Shown piece after piece: positions 13,365 to 28,219 of a stretch of DNA of 64,000 nucleotides. The stretch spans positions 23,560,001 through 23,624,000 of the forward strand of contig OZ024756.1 in NCBI GenBank assembly GCA_964016885.1, given 5' to 3'. The notes under the pieces are model-generated. The model was given only the letters and a program-made list of their open reading frames with translations. It searched no databases and was not told where the DNA came from. The stretch comes from Eledone cirrhosa. Lineage: Eukaryota. The translations under genes were made by a program, and so were the position numbers. The stretch's first letter is position 1. The number at the start of each line of letters is the position of its first letter.

Positions 13365-14014
13365 CTACGTATAAAGAAATAATACGTAAGTGTTTTATTC
13401 AAAATATTCAGTCTTCAAATACTTTCATGAGTGATTCAGTAAAAGATTCTTTCCCACACCAGAAAATCTTTAGCATTGGTTAACTGTCAAGCAAGCCGGA
13501 ACAAGAACAATCTTTAGTTGATGTCATCCTTTCTTGAGAAGTTGAAGGGACAAACTATAAATATTAGAGTAACTATATAAGTGAGGTCAACTTTGTCTTT
13601 AATCAATGCTTTACGGTATTCGTTCCGGCTCTCTACTTTCAGAGTTCAAATCCCACCGCGGTCAACTTTGTCTTTCATCTATTCGAGGTCGATAAAAAAA
13701 GTACCAGTCTTATACTGGGTTAATTCTCCCTCTATATCTCTTTCTCACTCCCAGTCTCTCACTATCTCTTTTCTTCTCTGGAGAGGAGACGGGTCGAATT
13801 TTGAATAAGCAAAAGCTTTAGTTGATGTCTCTCGACCAAAATGTAATAAGGACAACGATGGCGTGAGTGACAAGAAGGAGGACAAGGGAAATTGAAGATT
13901 CAAGAAATCATTGAATTAAATATTTTTACTATAAGTCTAGACGGAGAATTGTCAAAGTCGTTAGAACGTCGAATAGAATGCTGTATGCTATTCGTTTCAT
14001 ATTAGCTGTGTATT

Positions 14015-14272
14015 CCCAGGTCATTTATTATCCAACATCCCTATGGCTCAGAGGTAGTTGTTATTTAACCCGAGGTTAGTATTGATCCGGCAGTCTTATG
14101 ACTCGGAAGTAGTTGTTCTGTAGCCTAAGGTCAGCTCTGATCCGGTATTCCTATGGCTCAGATGTATTTGTTGTTTAGTCCTATGTTAGTCTTGATCTGG
14201 CAATCCTATAGCTCAGGGGTAGTTGTTTCGTCCTAGGTTAGTCCTGATCCGGTACTCCGGTTCAGAGGTAGT
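14015..14272 (+). repeat. Diverged ~55 bp tandem repeat, 4-5 copies
   Basis: Unit gtagttgtt..ttag.cc.aggttag..ctgatccgg.a.tcctatggctcaga. Confidence 0.8.
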
Positions 14273-14506
14273 ACAACCACCTCCACTGTCACAACCACGA
14301 CCACAACTATCACCATCACGACCATACCATCTGCCACCACTAATATCAAACATAGACACAAGGCCAGAAATTGTGCGGGGGTGGAGGCGAGTCAATGAAA
14401 TCGATCTCAGTACTAATTGATTGGTATTTGATTTCATCGATTCAGAGAAAGGTGAATGGCAAAGTCGGCCTGGGAGAGATTTGAACATAGCTAAATAGTC
14501 AGTGGT

Positions 14507-15650
14507 AGTGTGTATATATGTGTTAGTGTGAATATGGACGTGTTAGTGTGTATATGGACGTGTTAGTGTGTATATGGATATGAGTATATATAACCAGTGT
14601 TAGTGTGTGTATGGACGTGTTAGTGTGTATATGGATATGAGTATATATAACCAGTGTTAGTGTGTATATGGATATGAGTATATATAACCAATGTTAGTGT
14701 GTATATGGACGTGTGAGTATATATAACCAGTGTTAGAGTGTATACATGGATATATGAGTTGATATAACAAGTGTTAGGGTGTATATATGGAGATGTGAGT
14801 ATATATAACCATTTTTAATGTGTATATGGAGATGTGAGTATATATAACCAGTGTTAGTGTGTATATGGAGATGTGAGTATATATAACCAGTGTTAGTGTG
14901 TATATGGAGATGTGAGTATATATAACCAGTGTTAGTGTGTATATGGAGATGTGAGTATATATAACCAGTGTTAGTGTATATGGAGATGTGAGTATATATA
15001 ACCAGTGTTAGTGTGTATATGGATATGTGAGTATATATAACCATTGTTAGTGTATATATGGAGATGTGAGTATATATAACCAGTGTTAATGTGTATATGG
15101 AGATGTGAGTATATATAACCAGTGTTAATGTGTATATGGAGATGTGAGTATATATAACCAGTGTTAGTGTATATATGGAGATGTAAGTATATATAACCAG
15201 TGTTAGTGTATATATGGAGATGTAAGTATATATAACCAGTGTTAGAGTATATATGGAGATGTAAGTATATATAACCAGTTTTAGTGTATATATGGAGATG
15301 TAAGTATATATAACCAGTGTTAGTGTGTATATGGAGATATGAGTATATATAACCAGTGTTAGTGTATATATGGAGATGTGAGTTTATATAACAAGTGTTA
15401 GAGTGTATATATGGAGATGTGAGTATATATAACCAGTTTTAGTGTATATATGGAGATGTAAGTATATATAACCAGTGTTAGTGTGTATATGGAGATGTGA
15501 GTATATATAACCAGTGTTAGTGTATATATGGAGATGTAAGTATATATAACCAGTTTTAGTGTGTATATGGAGATGTGAGTTTATATAACAAGTGTTAGAG
15601 TGTATATATGGAGATGTGAGTATATATAACCAGTGTTAGTGTGTATATGG
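14507..15650. repeat. Minisatellite, ~39 bp unit (gtgttagtgtgtatatggagatgtgagtatatataacca), ~27 copies
   Basis: Directly visible tandem array with units of 37-41 bp. Confidence 0.95.
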
Positions 15651-16611
15651 AAGTATCAGTAAATATAAATGATTGTGCGTATGTGTGTTTGCGGATGGGT
15701 TATGTGTATGTGTGTACGTGTGCGTATGCTGTGAAAGAGAGACTCTGAGAGTTGTGTGTGTTTATGTATGTGTGTGTGGTGTGTTGTAGATGTGTATGTG
15801 GTTGAAAGACATTGTGAAAAAAGAAAGAGAAAGCAAACGATAGAATAAACACACATATAAACACACATATACACACACATACACACTAACATACACACAC
15901 ACGTACTCATACGCACACACATACACACACATACACACTAACATACACACATTCAAACATAGGTATGAATATATGTTCATTCATTCAAGTATATTTTTAG
16001 ATATATATATGAGTGTGTGTGTGTGTGTGTCTGTGTGTGTGTGTGCGAGTGTGTATAAATATATATATATATATATATATATTCATTTATATATATATAT
16101 ATGTATATACATATACATATATATATATATATACGTATAGTCGAGTGTACTTGTGAGTAATAATTACCAAGAAGAGCGAAGAAAGAAAGATAAGCAGAAG
16201 GATAGATAGATACATACATACATATATAGGCAGGCAGATATACATACATACATATATAGGCAGGCAGATATACATACATACATACATACATATATAGGCA
16301 GGCAGATATACATACATACATACATACATATATAGGCAGGCAGATATACATACATACATTGATAGGCAGGTAGTTAGATATACATACATTGTTAGGCTGG
16401 CAGATATACATACATACATACATTGTTAGGCTGGCAGATAGATATACATACATATATAGGCAGGCAGATATACATACATACATATATAGGCAGGCAGATA
16501 TACATACATACATGCATGCATAAATACATACATACAGAAATACATACATACATACATATATTGATAGACAGGCAGATAGCTACATACATGCATGCGTGCA
16601 TAGATGGATGG

Positions 16612-16676
<65 letters not shown>

Positions 16677-17600
16677 ATAGAAAAGGTAGGCACAAATAAT
16701 GTAAAGACAGAAGGAAACAAACGTAGAAAAACGAAGCGTGAGAGAGAGTGATAGTGTGTACAAGAGAGAGAAAGACAGAGAGAGTGGGGAAAGAGTGAGA
16801 GAGGGCAAGAGAGAGAGAGAGAGAGGAAAAGAAGCACAGATAAAGTAAGAGAAGTAAGAGAAGTGGTATGGAGAGAGAATAAGTAGTAGGAAGGGGAGAG
16901 GGGGGGGGGGGATGTAGGAGAAGGAGGGGGAATAGGAAGATGAGAGTACGTGAGAGGAGGGTGGTTGGTTGAAGGTTGGTTTGAGATTTTATTCAATCAA
17001 AGACTAAGCTAATCACCAGAGAACATAATTAAAGTGTAACAACAAGGAACGAAGCCAAAACAGCATCGCTAAAATGCGAAGAAGCGCCATCTTTGGGCAA
17101 TTATCCGCGAATAATTGCCTATATGAATCGACGTTTTACAGTATTGGACACCTAGAGAGCAGATAGTGAGACAGGAGTGATTGCTATTAATTCTTGGACA
17201 AATGGTTGCAGTAAAAATTCTTTGATATTTTTACTGTCCCGCTATTTCAAAAAATCAAATTATATACTTTTGTTCGCGTGTTGTTGTTGTTGTTGTTGTC
17301 GTTGTTGTTGTTCTTGTTGTTCTTGTTGTTGTCGTTGCTGTTGTTGTTGTTGTTGTTGATTACGTTTTTAATGTATACACACACACACATATATATATAT
17401 ATATACGCATATACATTCGCATAAATATATATATACATATATATATATATATATGTGCATATATATATATATATATATATATACTCACACATATATACAT
17501 ACACATATATGTATATTTTATTTGAGTGACTAACCATACGTTTTTATGACTGTGACTTAGTGTATATATATATATATATATATACACATATATATACTTA

Positions 17601-17671
<71 letters not shown>

Positions 17672-17687
17672 AACACATATATAAGTG

Positions 17688-17745
<58 letters not shown>

Positions 17746-17879
17746 TGTATGTATGTATGTATGTATGTATGTATGTGTGTGTTTATATTTTTCTATTTAA
17801 GACATTTCCTCTTTTCTCCACTTTATAAAATATTATTTTTATTATTTTTTATTAAAATAATTGAAATTATGATCAATAA

Positions 17880-17924
17880 TGTTATTACTCCTGTCTCTGT
17901 TGTTGTTGTTGTTGTTGTTGTTGC

Positions 17925-17955
<31 letters not shown>

Positions 17956-18547
17956 ACTGTTGTTGTTGTTGCTGCTGTTGTTGTTACTGTTGCTGTTGTT
18001 GTTGTTGTTGTTACTGTTGTTGTTACTGTTGTTGCTGTTGTTGTTGATTTTGTTGCTGTTGTTGTTATTGTTGTTGTTACTGTTGTTGCTGTTGTTGTTG
18101 TTTTTGTTGCTGTTGTTGTTGTTGCTGTTATTGTTACTGTTGTTGTTGTTACTGTTGCTGTTGTTGTTGTTGTTGCTGCTGTTGTTGTTACTGTTGTTGT
18201 TGTTGCTGTTGTTGCTGTTGTTGTTGTTACTGTTGTTGTTGTTGTTGCTGTTGTTGTTGTTGTTGTTGTTGTTACTGCTGTTATTGTTACTGCTGTTGTT
18301 GTTGTTACTGTTGCTGTTGTTGTTGTTGTTGCTGTTGTTGTTGCTGTTGTTGTTCTTGTTGTTCTTGTTGCTGCTGTTGTTGTTGATGTTGTTGTTACTG
18401 TTGTTGTTGTTGCTGTTGTTGCTGTTGTTGTTGTTACTGTTGTTGTTGTTGCTGTTGTTGTTGTTGTTGTTGTTGTTACTGCTGTTATTGTTACTGCTGT
18501 TGTTGTTGTTACTGTTGCTGTTGTTGTTGTTGTTACTGTTGTTGTTC

Positions 18548-18588
<41 letters not shown>

Positions 18589-18590
18589 AC

Positions 18591-18624
<34 letters not shown>

Positions 18625-19170
18625 GCTGTTGTTGTGACTGTTGTTGTTCTTGTTGTTCTTGTTGCTGTTGTTGTTGTTGATGTTGTTGTTACTGTTGTTG
18701 TTGTTGTTGTTGTTGCTGTTGTTGTGACTGTTGTTGTTCTTGTTGTTCTTGTTGCTGTTGTTGTTGTTGATGTTGTTGTTACTGTTGTTGTTGTCACTAC
18801 TGTTGTTGTTACTGTTGTTGTTGTTGTCACTACTGCTGTTGTTACTGTTGTTGTTGTTACTGTTGTTGTTGTTGATGTTGTTGTTACTGTTGTTGTTGTT
18901 ACTGTTGTTGCTACTGTTGTTGTTGTCACTGTTGTTGCTACTGTTGATGTTGTCACTGTTAGTACATGTTATTGTTATTGGTCTTTTTATTATTACTTCT
19001 GTCTCTGTTGTTGTTGTTGCTGTTGTTGTTATCATTATTGTTGTTACTGTTGTTGTTGTTGTTGTTATGGTTGTTGCAGTTGTTGTTATCGTTGTTGCTG
19101 TTGATGTGGTTGTTATTATTATTGTTGTTGCTGTTGTTGTTATTGTTGATGTTGTTGCTGTTGTTGTTAG
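17880..19170. repeat. (GTT)n compound trinucleotide tract
   Basis: GTT with GCT/ACT/GAT interruptions and higher-order periodicity. Confidence 0.95.
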
Positions 19171-19284
19171 TACATGTGTTATTTTTATTGGTGTGTATTT
19201 TTATTGTTATTATTAGTTTTTTTTCTTTGTGTGTGTGAATTTGTTATTTTCAGTATTGTAATTAGATTATATCATCGTGAATAT

Positions 19285-19444
19285 CAGCATCATCATCATC
19301 ATCATCATCATTATCATCATCATCATCATTATCGTCGTCATCGTCATCGTCATTGTCGTCATCATCGTCATCGTCATCATCGTCGCCATCATCATCGCCA
19401 TCATCATCTTCAACGTCAGGATGTTGATCAATATTACCATTATT

Positions 19445-19484
<40 letters not shown>

Positions 19485-20533
19485 CCATCATCATTATTGT
19501 CAGCATAGTCGTCATCTTAATCATCATTATCATCATCATCACGACTATCATCATCATAATCAACATTATCATCATCACCATCGTCATCATTATAATCGTT
19601 ATTAACACCATCATTATCCCTATCATCATATTGACATTATCATCTTCGTCGTCATGATTATCACCCTCATCGTCGACGTCATAATAACCATCATCACCAT
19701 CATCACCATCATCACCGTCATCGCCATCATCACCGCCATCACCGCCATCACCGCCATCATCATCATCATCATCACCGCCATCACCACCGTCACTATCATC
19801 ATCATAATAACCATCATCACCACCGTCACCATCATCATCACCATCATCACCGCCATCACCGCCGTCACCGCCATCACCACCGTCACCATCATCATCATCA
19901 TCACCATCATCACCGCCATCACCGCCGTCACCGCCATCACCACCGTCACCATCATCATCATCATCACCATCATCACCATCATCACCGCCATCACCGCCGT
20001 CACCGCCATCACCACCGTCACCGATCATCATCATCACCGCCATCATCACCACCGTCACCATCATCATCATAATAACCATCATCACCATCATCACCGCCAT
20101 CACCGCCGTCACCGCCATCACCACCGTCACCATCATCATCATCACCGCCATCATCACCACCGTCACCATCATCATCATAATAACCATCATCACCATCATC
20201 ACCGCCATCACCGCCGTCACCGCCATCACCACCGTCACCATCATCATCATCATCACCATCATCACCATCATCACCGCCATCACCACCGTCACCATCATCA
20301 TCATCATCACCATCATCACCACCGTCACCACCATCATCATCATCACCGCCATCACCACCACCGTCACTATCATCATCATAATAACCATCATCACCATCAT
20401 CACCGCCATCACCACCGTCACCATCATCATCATCATCATCACCGCCATCACCGCCGTCACCATCATCATCATCATCACCACCATCATCACCACCGTCACC
20501 ATCATCATCATCATCACCATCATCATCATCATC
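19285..20533. repeat. (CAT/CAC/CGC)n compound trinucleotide tract
   Basis: Directly visible. Confidence 0.95.
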
Positions 20534-20919
20534 TTTAATGTCGGTGGATTAGTAAAATCGTTAGAACGGGAAACAAACTCCTTGCTGGTTCTTTACGTTC
20601 TGAGTTCCAATATGGCCGAGATTAACTTAACGTTTTATCCTTCCGGGAATCGATAAAGTAAAATAGCTATTATGTTATGGTGATGCTATAACTGACTTTA
20701 TCTCTACATCCAAATATTGCTCCCTGCGCAGATACTCCGAATCAGACAAAGGAAACAGTGTTTCCATTGGTCTCTCCATTGCTAATACTATGTCGGTCAC
20801 GGACACTCCTGCCAGAAGTGTCATCATTTTTTCCGGTGATTGGGGCCGAAGTCAACTTTACCTTTCATTTTTTCGAGGTCAATCATTTAAAAGAAAGGAA
20901 CAAATCTAGTACTGGAGTC

Positions 20920-21086
<167 letters not shown>

Positions 21087-22895
21087 GTATTTATACTTTG
21101 AGCATGTTAATTACAGGGTATCAGTATGAGTTAGTAACTCTGTATTTTATTTGTATATATATATATATATATATATCATATTATATTTAGAGTTTAAACT
21201 CAAACAGTCATTTACAATTAATTAGCTCAAAGAAAGAAGCATTTCTGAGCCGTGAAATACAAGTTAATATAAATTAATATATGAGAAACACCTAAGTGTT
21301 TGTATTGTAAAAGACTGAATTACTTTATTTCATTCTAGCTAATTTCGTCTTTTACAATACAAACACTTAGGTGTTTATCATATATTAATTTATATTAACT
21401 TGTATATATATATATATATATTAAATCTTTCTCTGGAAGAAATCGGACCTGGAGAGAAGAGGTTGTGGGCACCGCCATGTTTTAAAATGGCGTCCTTACG
21501 ACTCCACAAGGAGTTACGGTTCCATACATAAATACATACAAGAAAAAATAAAAACGCAAAATATATTTTTTAAATCAAGGCGTAAAAAATTATTTGAAAT
21601 AAAGGTGTAAAAATTTAAAAAGATAATGGTGTAAAAATGATATAAAATAAAAAAAAATATAGGAGTAAAAATATGAAATAAAAAATAAAAGAGTAAATAC
21701 GAAATGAAATATTATCCGCCATATTTGTTTTGTTTTGATTTTTTTTTTTTTTTCTAATTTCTATTTTCTCTGATTTAATTAAATTAGAATATTTTGTTGT
21801 GACATATAAACCACAAAATTACAGGTTCGTATTAACAATCGAGGAAGTTATGTCATATGGGTTGGGGTTTAGATTTTTAAAAACACTATCTTTTTTTTTT
21901 GGATATCAATAATTATAATTTATCGTGATTGTCAAGATGAATGTGATGATGATGATGATGATGCACCATAATGATGTTGGTGGTGGTGGTGGTAGTGGTG
22001 GTGGTGGTGGTGGTGGTGGTAGTGATGGTTTAGGTCTTGATACTGAAGATGATGATGATGATGATGCATGGTAATGATGTTGGTGATGGTGGTGGTAGTG
22101 TTGGTGGTCATGTTTTCGCAGTTGATATTGAAAATGATGATGCTGCATTGTAATGATTTTGTTGTTGTTGTTGTTGCTGTTGGTGGTGGTGGTGATGGTG
22201 GTGGTGGTGGTGGTGGTGGTGGTGGTTTCAGTGTTGATATTGATTGAAGGTGATGATGGTGGTGGTGATGATGTTGATGGTGATAGTGGCAACGATGGTG
22301 ATAATGATGGTGATGATGGTGATGATGACAATGCTGATGGTGATGATAGTGGCAAGGATGATCATGATGCTGTTGATGGTGATGATAGTGCAACAATGAT
22401 GATGATGGTACCGATGATGATGATGATGATGATGATGACAAGGATGGTGATGTTCATGGTGATAGCAATGAGGATGCTGTTGGTGATGTAATGACAATGG
22501 TGACATAGGTGATGTTGTTGATGTCAATGTTGATGGTGATGATGGTGACAATGGTGATGATGATGATGCTGGTGACAATGGTGATGGTGATGATGCTGAT
22601 GACAATGTTGATGGTGATGATGGTGACAATGGTGATGATGATGATGCTGATGACAATGTTGATGGTGATGATGGTGACAATGGTGATGATGATGATGCTG
22701 ATGACAATGACAATACTGACAACAATGATTGTTATGCTAATGAGCTTCATCATTAATATTATAATTATTCTTCATCTATTTCAGCATTTAAAATAGTTGT
22801 TGTTGTTGTTGTTGTAGTTGTAGTTGTAGTTGTAGTTGTTGTTGTAGTGGTTGTTGTAGTTGTTGTTGTAGTGGTTGTTGTTGCTGTTGTTGTAG

Positions 22896-22929
<34 letters not shown>

Positions 22930-23519
22930 CCTTTTTGCGTTTATTTATTTTTTTTTTTATTATATTTGTATATTTATTTATTTCTTAAATGTTTTAAAAT
23001 AAATTTAGAAAATTTCGTTATTGTAATTTTTGAAAGATGATGAGTGGTGGGTTAGTTTCAGATGGGGATGGGTAGGTGGGTGGGTTAGTATGAGATGGGG
23101 TGGGTAGGTTAGTTCGAGATAAAGGTGGGTGGGTGGAAATGTGTGTTAGTGGGTGAGGAGAGGAGGGGTGGAAAAAAATCATTCAATTTAACTAATCCCT
23201 CCACATCCTTTTTTTTGGCACTGCTTCGTCCACTCCAAACAAAGAAAAACAACAAACAAAACACTCTCTGTCCACCCCCACCGTACACAGTGGAGTGGGG
23301 TGGAGATACAGCGCGGGGTGGGAGAGTGTGTTACGGTGTGCAGGTAGACGTGTATATGTGGTGGGGCTGGGGGGGAGGGGATATAATTCGTGTGTCTGTA
23401 TGGGAGCGTTTGGGTATACATGTATGTGTGTGTGTGTCAGATGCACGTAGATTGTTCCCCTTTGAGGCACAAATCCGAGCAAAGTTGTTTGGAGAAAACC
23501 ACCAATCACCCATGCATTA

Positions 23520-23735
23520 CTCTCTTCCCTCTCCATGCCGCTGATGATGTCTAATGGAAAGGCAAAGGCTCATACGGCTTGACACCAGTGACGTCACAAC
23601 TCATTTCTACAGCTGAGTGAACTGGAGCAACGTGAAACAAAGTATCTTTTTCAAGAATACAACGCATCACCCAGTCCGAGAATCGAACTCACAACCTCAG
23701 GATTGCAAGCCGAATGCTCTAACCACCAAGCCATG
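23520..23735 (-). mobile_element. tRNA-derived SINE
   Basis: Minus strand gcatggcttggtggttagag...gttcgattctc...ttcacgttgctccagttcactcagctg. Confidence 0.7.
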
Positions 23736-24008
23736 CTCATTCACAATAACTCTTTCTAAATCGAAGTATAAACGCCTGCGATATCCTATCATAGTCGGTA
23801 AATCTGACATTACTCTTGTCAGATTCCAGCCCGCAACCTACATCTTAATCAGACACAGAACTCCACATACACACGTACACATTTACATACAGCATTCGCC
23901 GCACACAGACATTCACACACACACACACACATACATCTACACTTACAAATATTTACAGGTAAATATACTAAATGTAGAAGTAAACATAGATGCGTGTTTG
24001 TATACGTA

Positions 24009-24041
<33 letters not shown>

Positions 24042-24043
24042 GC

Positions 24044-24104
<61 letters not shown>

Positions 24105-24142
24105 TGTATATATATATATATATATATATATGCATATGCATG

Positions 24143-24194
<52 letters not shown>

Positions 24195-24240
24195 GTGTGG
24201 GTATATATATACCCACACAGCCGATTTCTTCCAGAGAAAG

Positions 24241-24281
<41 letters not shown>

Positions 24282-25434
24282 TGGGTAGGTATGGGTATAT
24301 ATGTGTATGTGTATCTATGCTTGTATAAAAATTCGAAATCGTACACATATATACAAACATATATAACCATATACATACATTATGTGTATATATATATACA
24401 CATACATTATGTATATATAAATATATATATATATAATACGTGTATATGTAAATACATATGTGTTTATATATATACATATGTATATATACAGACATATATA
24501 TATATATACATACATATATATAATTAAATGTGGTTATTCCATTAAGATCCAGTAAACATAACATACAACTGCCAAACGACCCCTAACTGTGTTCCCTAGA
24601 GCCTTATGTCTATAATCACTGCTAATTATTTAGATACAACCTCATTAAGGGTCATTACACAACCCTTTGATTAATTCCTCCCCTAATTTACTGCTTTATT
24701 TTCAATGAGGAAGTGTTGCCGTTGGTGTTGTTGTTATCGTTGTTGTTGTTGTTAATGGTGGGGGTGGGATGTGTTGCCGTTGGTGTTGTTTTTGTGGTTA
24801 GTGTTCGTGATTCGGTGTTGTTGTTGTTGTTATTTTGTTTTTGTTTCTGATGTTGTTGTTGTTGTTGCTACTGTTCTTCTTGTTTAGCCCCAGGGTGATG
24901 TCCTTAATTGAGCAGTCATATGATCAAAGGCATTCCAGGCATGACCATCCCGTCTTTTTCTTCGGTTATAGTGTATTCTGCCAGGAGTTGTGACCGGTAA
25001 ATAGTATCAATGGACAGATGAGTGGAAACATTGGGTCCTTGGTCCGATTTGACGAATAAGTAAATGAAATTTGGGATGATGTCGTTCGATTCCTCCCTCT
25101 ATAGTGTATTCTGCAATTTTAGCGTTGTATTATGTCGATATTATTTTAAGATGGCTCTAACCCAATTGATTGGGGTTTTGGTTGTTATTTCTAGCAAATT
25201 AAACCACCACGTAGAAGTGGCCTTATTATTTAGTATATCTTCTCCATCCTATCGGCCGAGACCATGAGGCGGACTGACCCTTACGTTTCATATGTTAGTT
25301 ACAAGTGAACTTAAGCCAAATCGAGGTTTTGGCTTAAGTTTAATATGTTTATATAGCCATTCTCTACTAACCAAAGTATTGAGTACTTTGTTGAGTAATG
25401 GTCTAACTAGTTTAAAACCGGTTTTATCCTGATG

Positions 25435-25515
<81 letters not shown>

Positions 25516-25527
25516 GTATATATATAT

Positions 25528-25700
25528 CAATGATATTAAATAAATGGAAACTATATTTATAAAACCATATTTATTCTATTATATATATTTCAAGGGTACC
25601 AAAACTTTGGTACGCTCTCATCAGATAAAATACAAAGTTTGTTTTATAAATATTGACATATCCAGGAAGGAGTTCTTAATGGTACAAGTTTTTCCTGGAT
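25528..25700 (-). mobile_element. Family A hammerhead element, single-arm copy in (TA)n
   Basis: Close paralogue of 5526-5700; ends in a short foldback atatccaggaa...ttcctggatat. Confidence 0.8.
25572..25632 (-). ncRNA. Type I minimal hammerhead ribozyme (family A)
   Basis: Minus strand: tattttat-CTGATGA-gagcgtaccaaa gt tttggtaccctt-GAAA-tatata-TA-atagaata. Confidence 0.85.
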
Positions 25701-25711
25701 ATATATATATA

Positions 25712-25803
25712 CTTGTAGAAGACATTTCTATAATAAAATAAGTATGCTTATGCTCCTACTAACGTATTGAGTACTTATTTATTGTGGTTAACTCGGGATC
25801 TAC
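25712..25803 (+). mobile_element. Family B element fragment
   Basis: tgtagaagacatttctata...GTATTGAGTAC(25764-25774)...tgtggtta, collinear with 58245-58315. Confidence 0.6.
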
Positions 25804-26300
<497 letters not shown>

Positions 26301-26419
26301 ATATATATATATATTGCATATATATATATTGCATATATATATTGCATATATATATATATATATTGCATATATATATATATTGCATATATATATATATATA
26401 TAGAGATAGATAGATAGAT

Positions 26420-26524
<105 letters not shown>

Positions 26525-27294
26525 TTAAGGCAAAAGAACGCAAATCAAACTGTTAATATAAACACTCTCGAGTTTGTACTTTTATGATCCTGTTCTAAGC
26601 CAGATAGATTTGAACGTTGCTTAACTGTCGAACACTCCGTAGTTCATGTTTGAACAATCAAAATCATATGAAACTGTTGATCCCGTGCTTTTTACTAACA
26701 CTCCGGCTGTCCATTTCGCCCCACCCCCTCCCTGGCTACGGCCGAGAGACATCAACTAATGCTTTTACTTGTTCAAACTTCAACTCTAGCTTGTTCGACT
26801 GTTAACCAACGTTAAAAACTTTCTGGCCAGGAAAAGAAAAGAATTTTATACCGATTCACTGGTGAAAGTCTTTTAAGACACTGAACGCTTTCAATAAAAC
26901 ACTTACGTATTATTTTTTCATACGTATTTTATGGTGGGCTTTTAAGTCATTTAAAAAAATTATATATACAATATATATATATACCTAGCTATTTACACAC
27001 ACACACACACATATATATATATTGAAAGAGAGAGGGGGGAAAGAGAGCGAGAGAGAGAAAGACAAAGGAAGAGGGGGAAGAAAGAGGTGGATTAGCCGTA
27101 GAAAAGACTCTCATAGAACATCGATGAATATATAATCTAAATGGCCGAAGTAAATGATACATAATGATCTTCCATCTTCAGTTTATCGCATAAAACAGCA
27201 ACTTCCCACTCTAACAATAGAAAGTACGACAAAAAAATAACAATAACACAAACCTAGAACAAATATGATAAAAAGAATAACAACAGAGGAAGAA

Positions 27295-27640
27295 GAAAAC
27301 TGTAAAATGGACGCCATATTAACCGGAGAGAAAATCCACTAAAATAGGTCACGTGATTTAAAATAAGTCCATCTTCTTGTTCGTATTTACGTTGTTTTTC
27401 TTTTGTTTTCTTTATCCTATTTTTTTAGACCCTTCTATGTGTTTTGTTCCGCTTGTGTGCGTATATGTGTGTATGTGTGTGTGTGTATGTGTGCGTATAT
27501 GTGTGTATGCGTGTGTGTATGTGTGTATGTTTGTGTGTGTGTTTGTTTGTGGGGCGGGGGTTTGAGTGTATGTGTGTGAGTGTGTTTATGTGTGTTTCTT
27601 TGTGTATGTTTGTGTGTGTTTGTGTGTAGGGGGCGGGGTC
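27295..27640. promoter_or_regulatory. Putative cis-regulatory island
   Basis: Overlapping AAAATGG/CGCCATATT (27304-27320), GTCACGTGAT E-box (27348-27357), two GGGGCGGGG boxes (27551, 27630). Confidence 0.35.
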
Positions 27641-27817
27641 GTTTGAGTGTATGTGTGTGTGTGTGTTTTTTGTGTGTCTGTATCTGTGTGTGCGTGAGCA
27701 TTATGTGAGAGTGTGTGTGTGAGAGTGTGTGTGTATGTGTGTGTGTGTGTCCGCAGGCATATTTGCCTGTATGTTTGTTTATCACTATCTGTCCATCTAT
27801 CTATCGATTCTCTCTCT

Positions 27818-27891
<74 letters not shown>

Positions 27892-27961
27892 TTCTCTCTT
27901 TATATATATATATATTTCTCTCTCTTTCTCTCTATTTCTCTCTCTCTCTCTTTCCTCTCTT

Positions 27962-27997
<36 letters not shown>

Positions 27998-28039
27998 TCT
28001 CTCTCTCTCTCTATTTCTCTCTTTATATATATATATATT

Positions 28040-28070
<31 letters not shown>

Positions 28071-28219
28071 TTCCTCTCTTTCTGTCTCTCCCTCTCACTC
28101 TGTAAATGAAGTTCGTTTTTGTTGTTATTGTTGTTTGTGTTTGGTTTTCTCAATAAAAACAAGAGAGAGAACGAAAGTTGCTCCTTGTATATCATACTTC
28201 TACTTCACATACATCCCCA

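Noticed and set aside
17823-18956. 377 aa Thr-rich mucin-like ORF
   Set aside because: Explained by an (AAC)n microsatellite; almost exclusively ACA codons.
23537-23578. gccg-CTGATGA-tgtctaatg-GAAA-ggcaaaggctca-TA-cggc hammerhead-like string
   Set aside because: The core and a 4 bp stem I match, but helix II is marginal and helix III lacks its second pair. It lies in a SINE tail and is probably chance.
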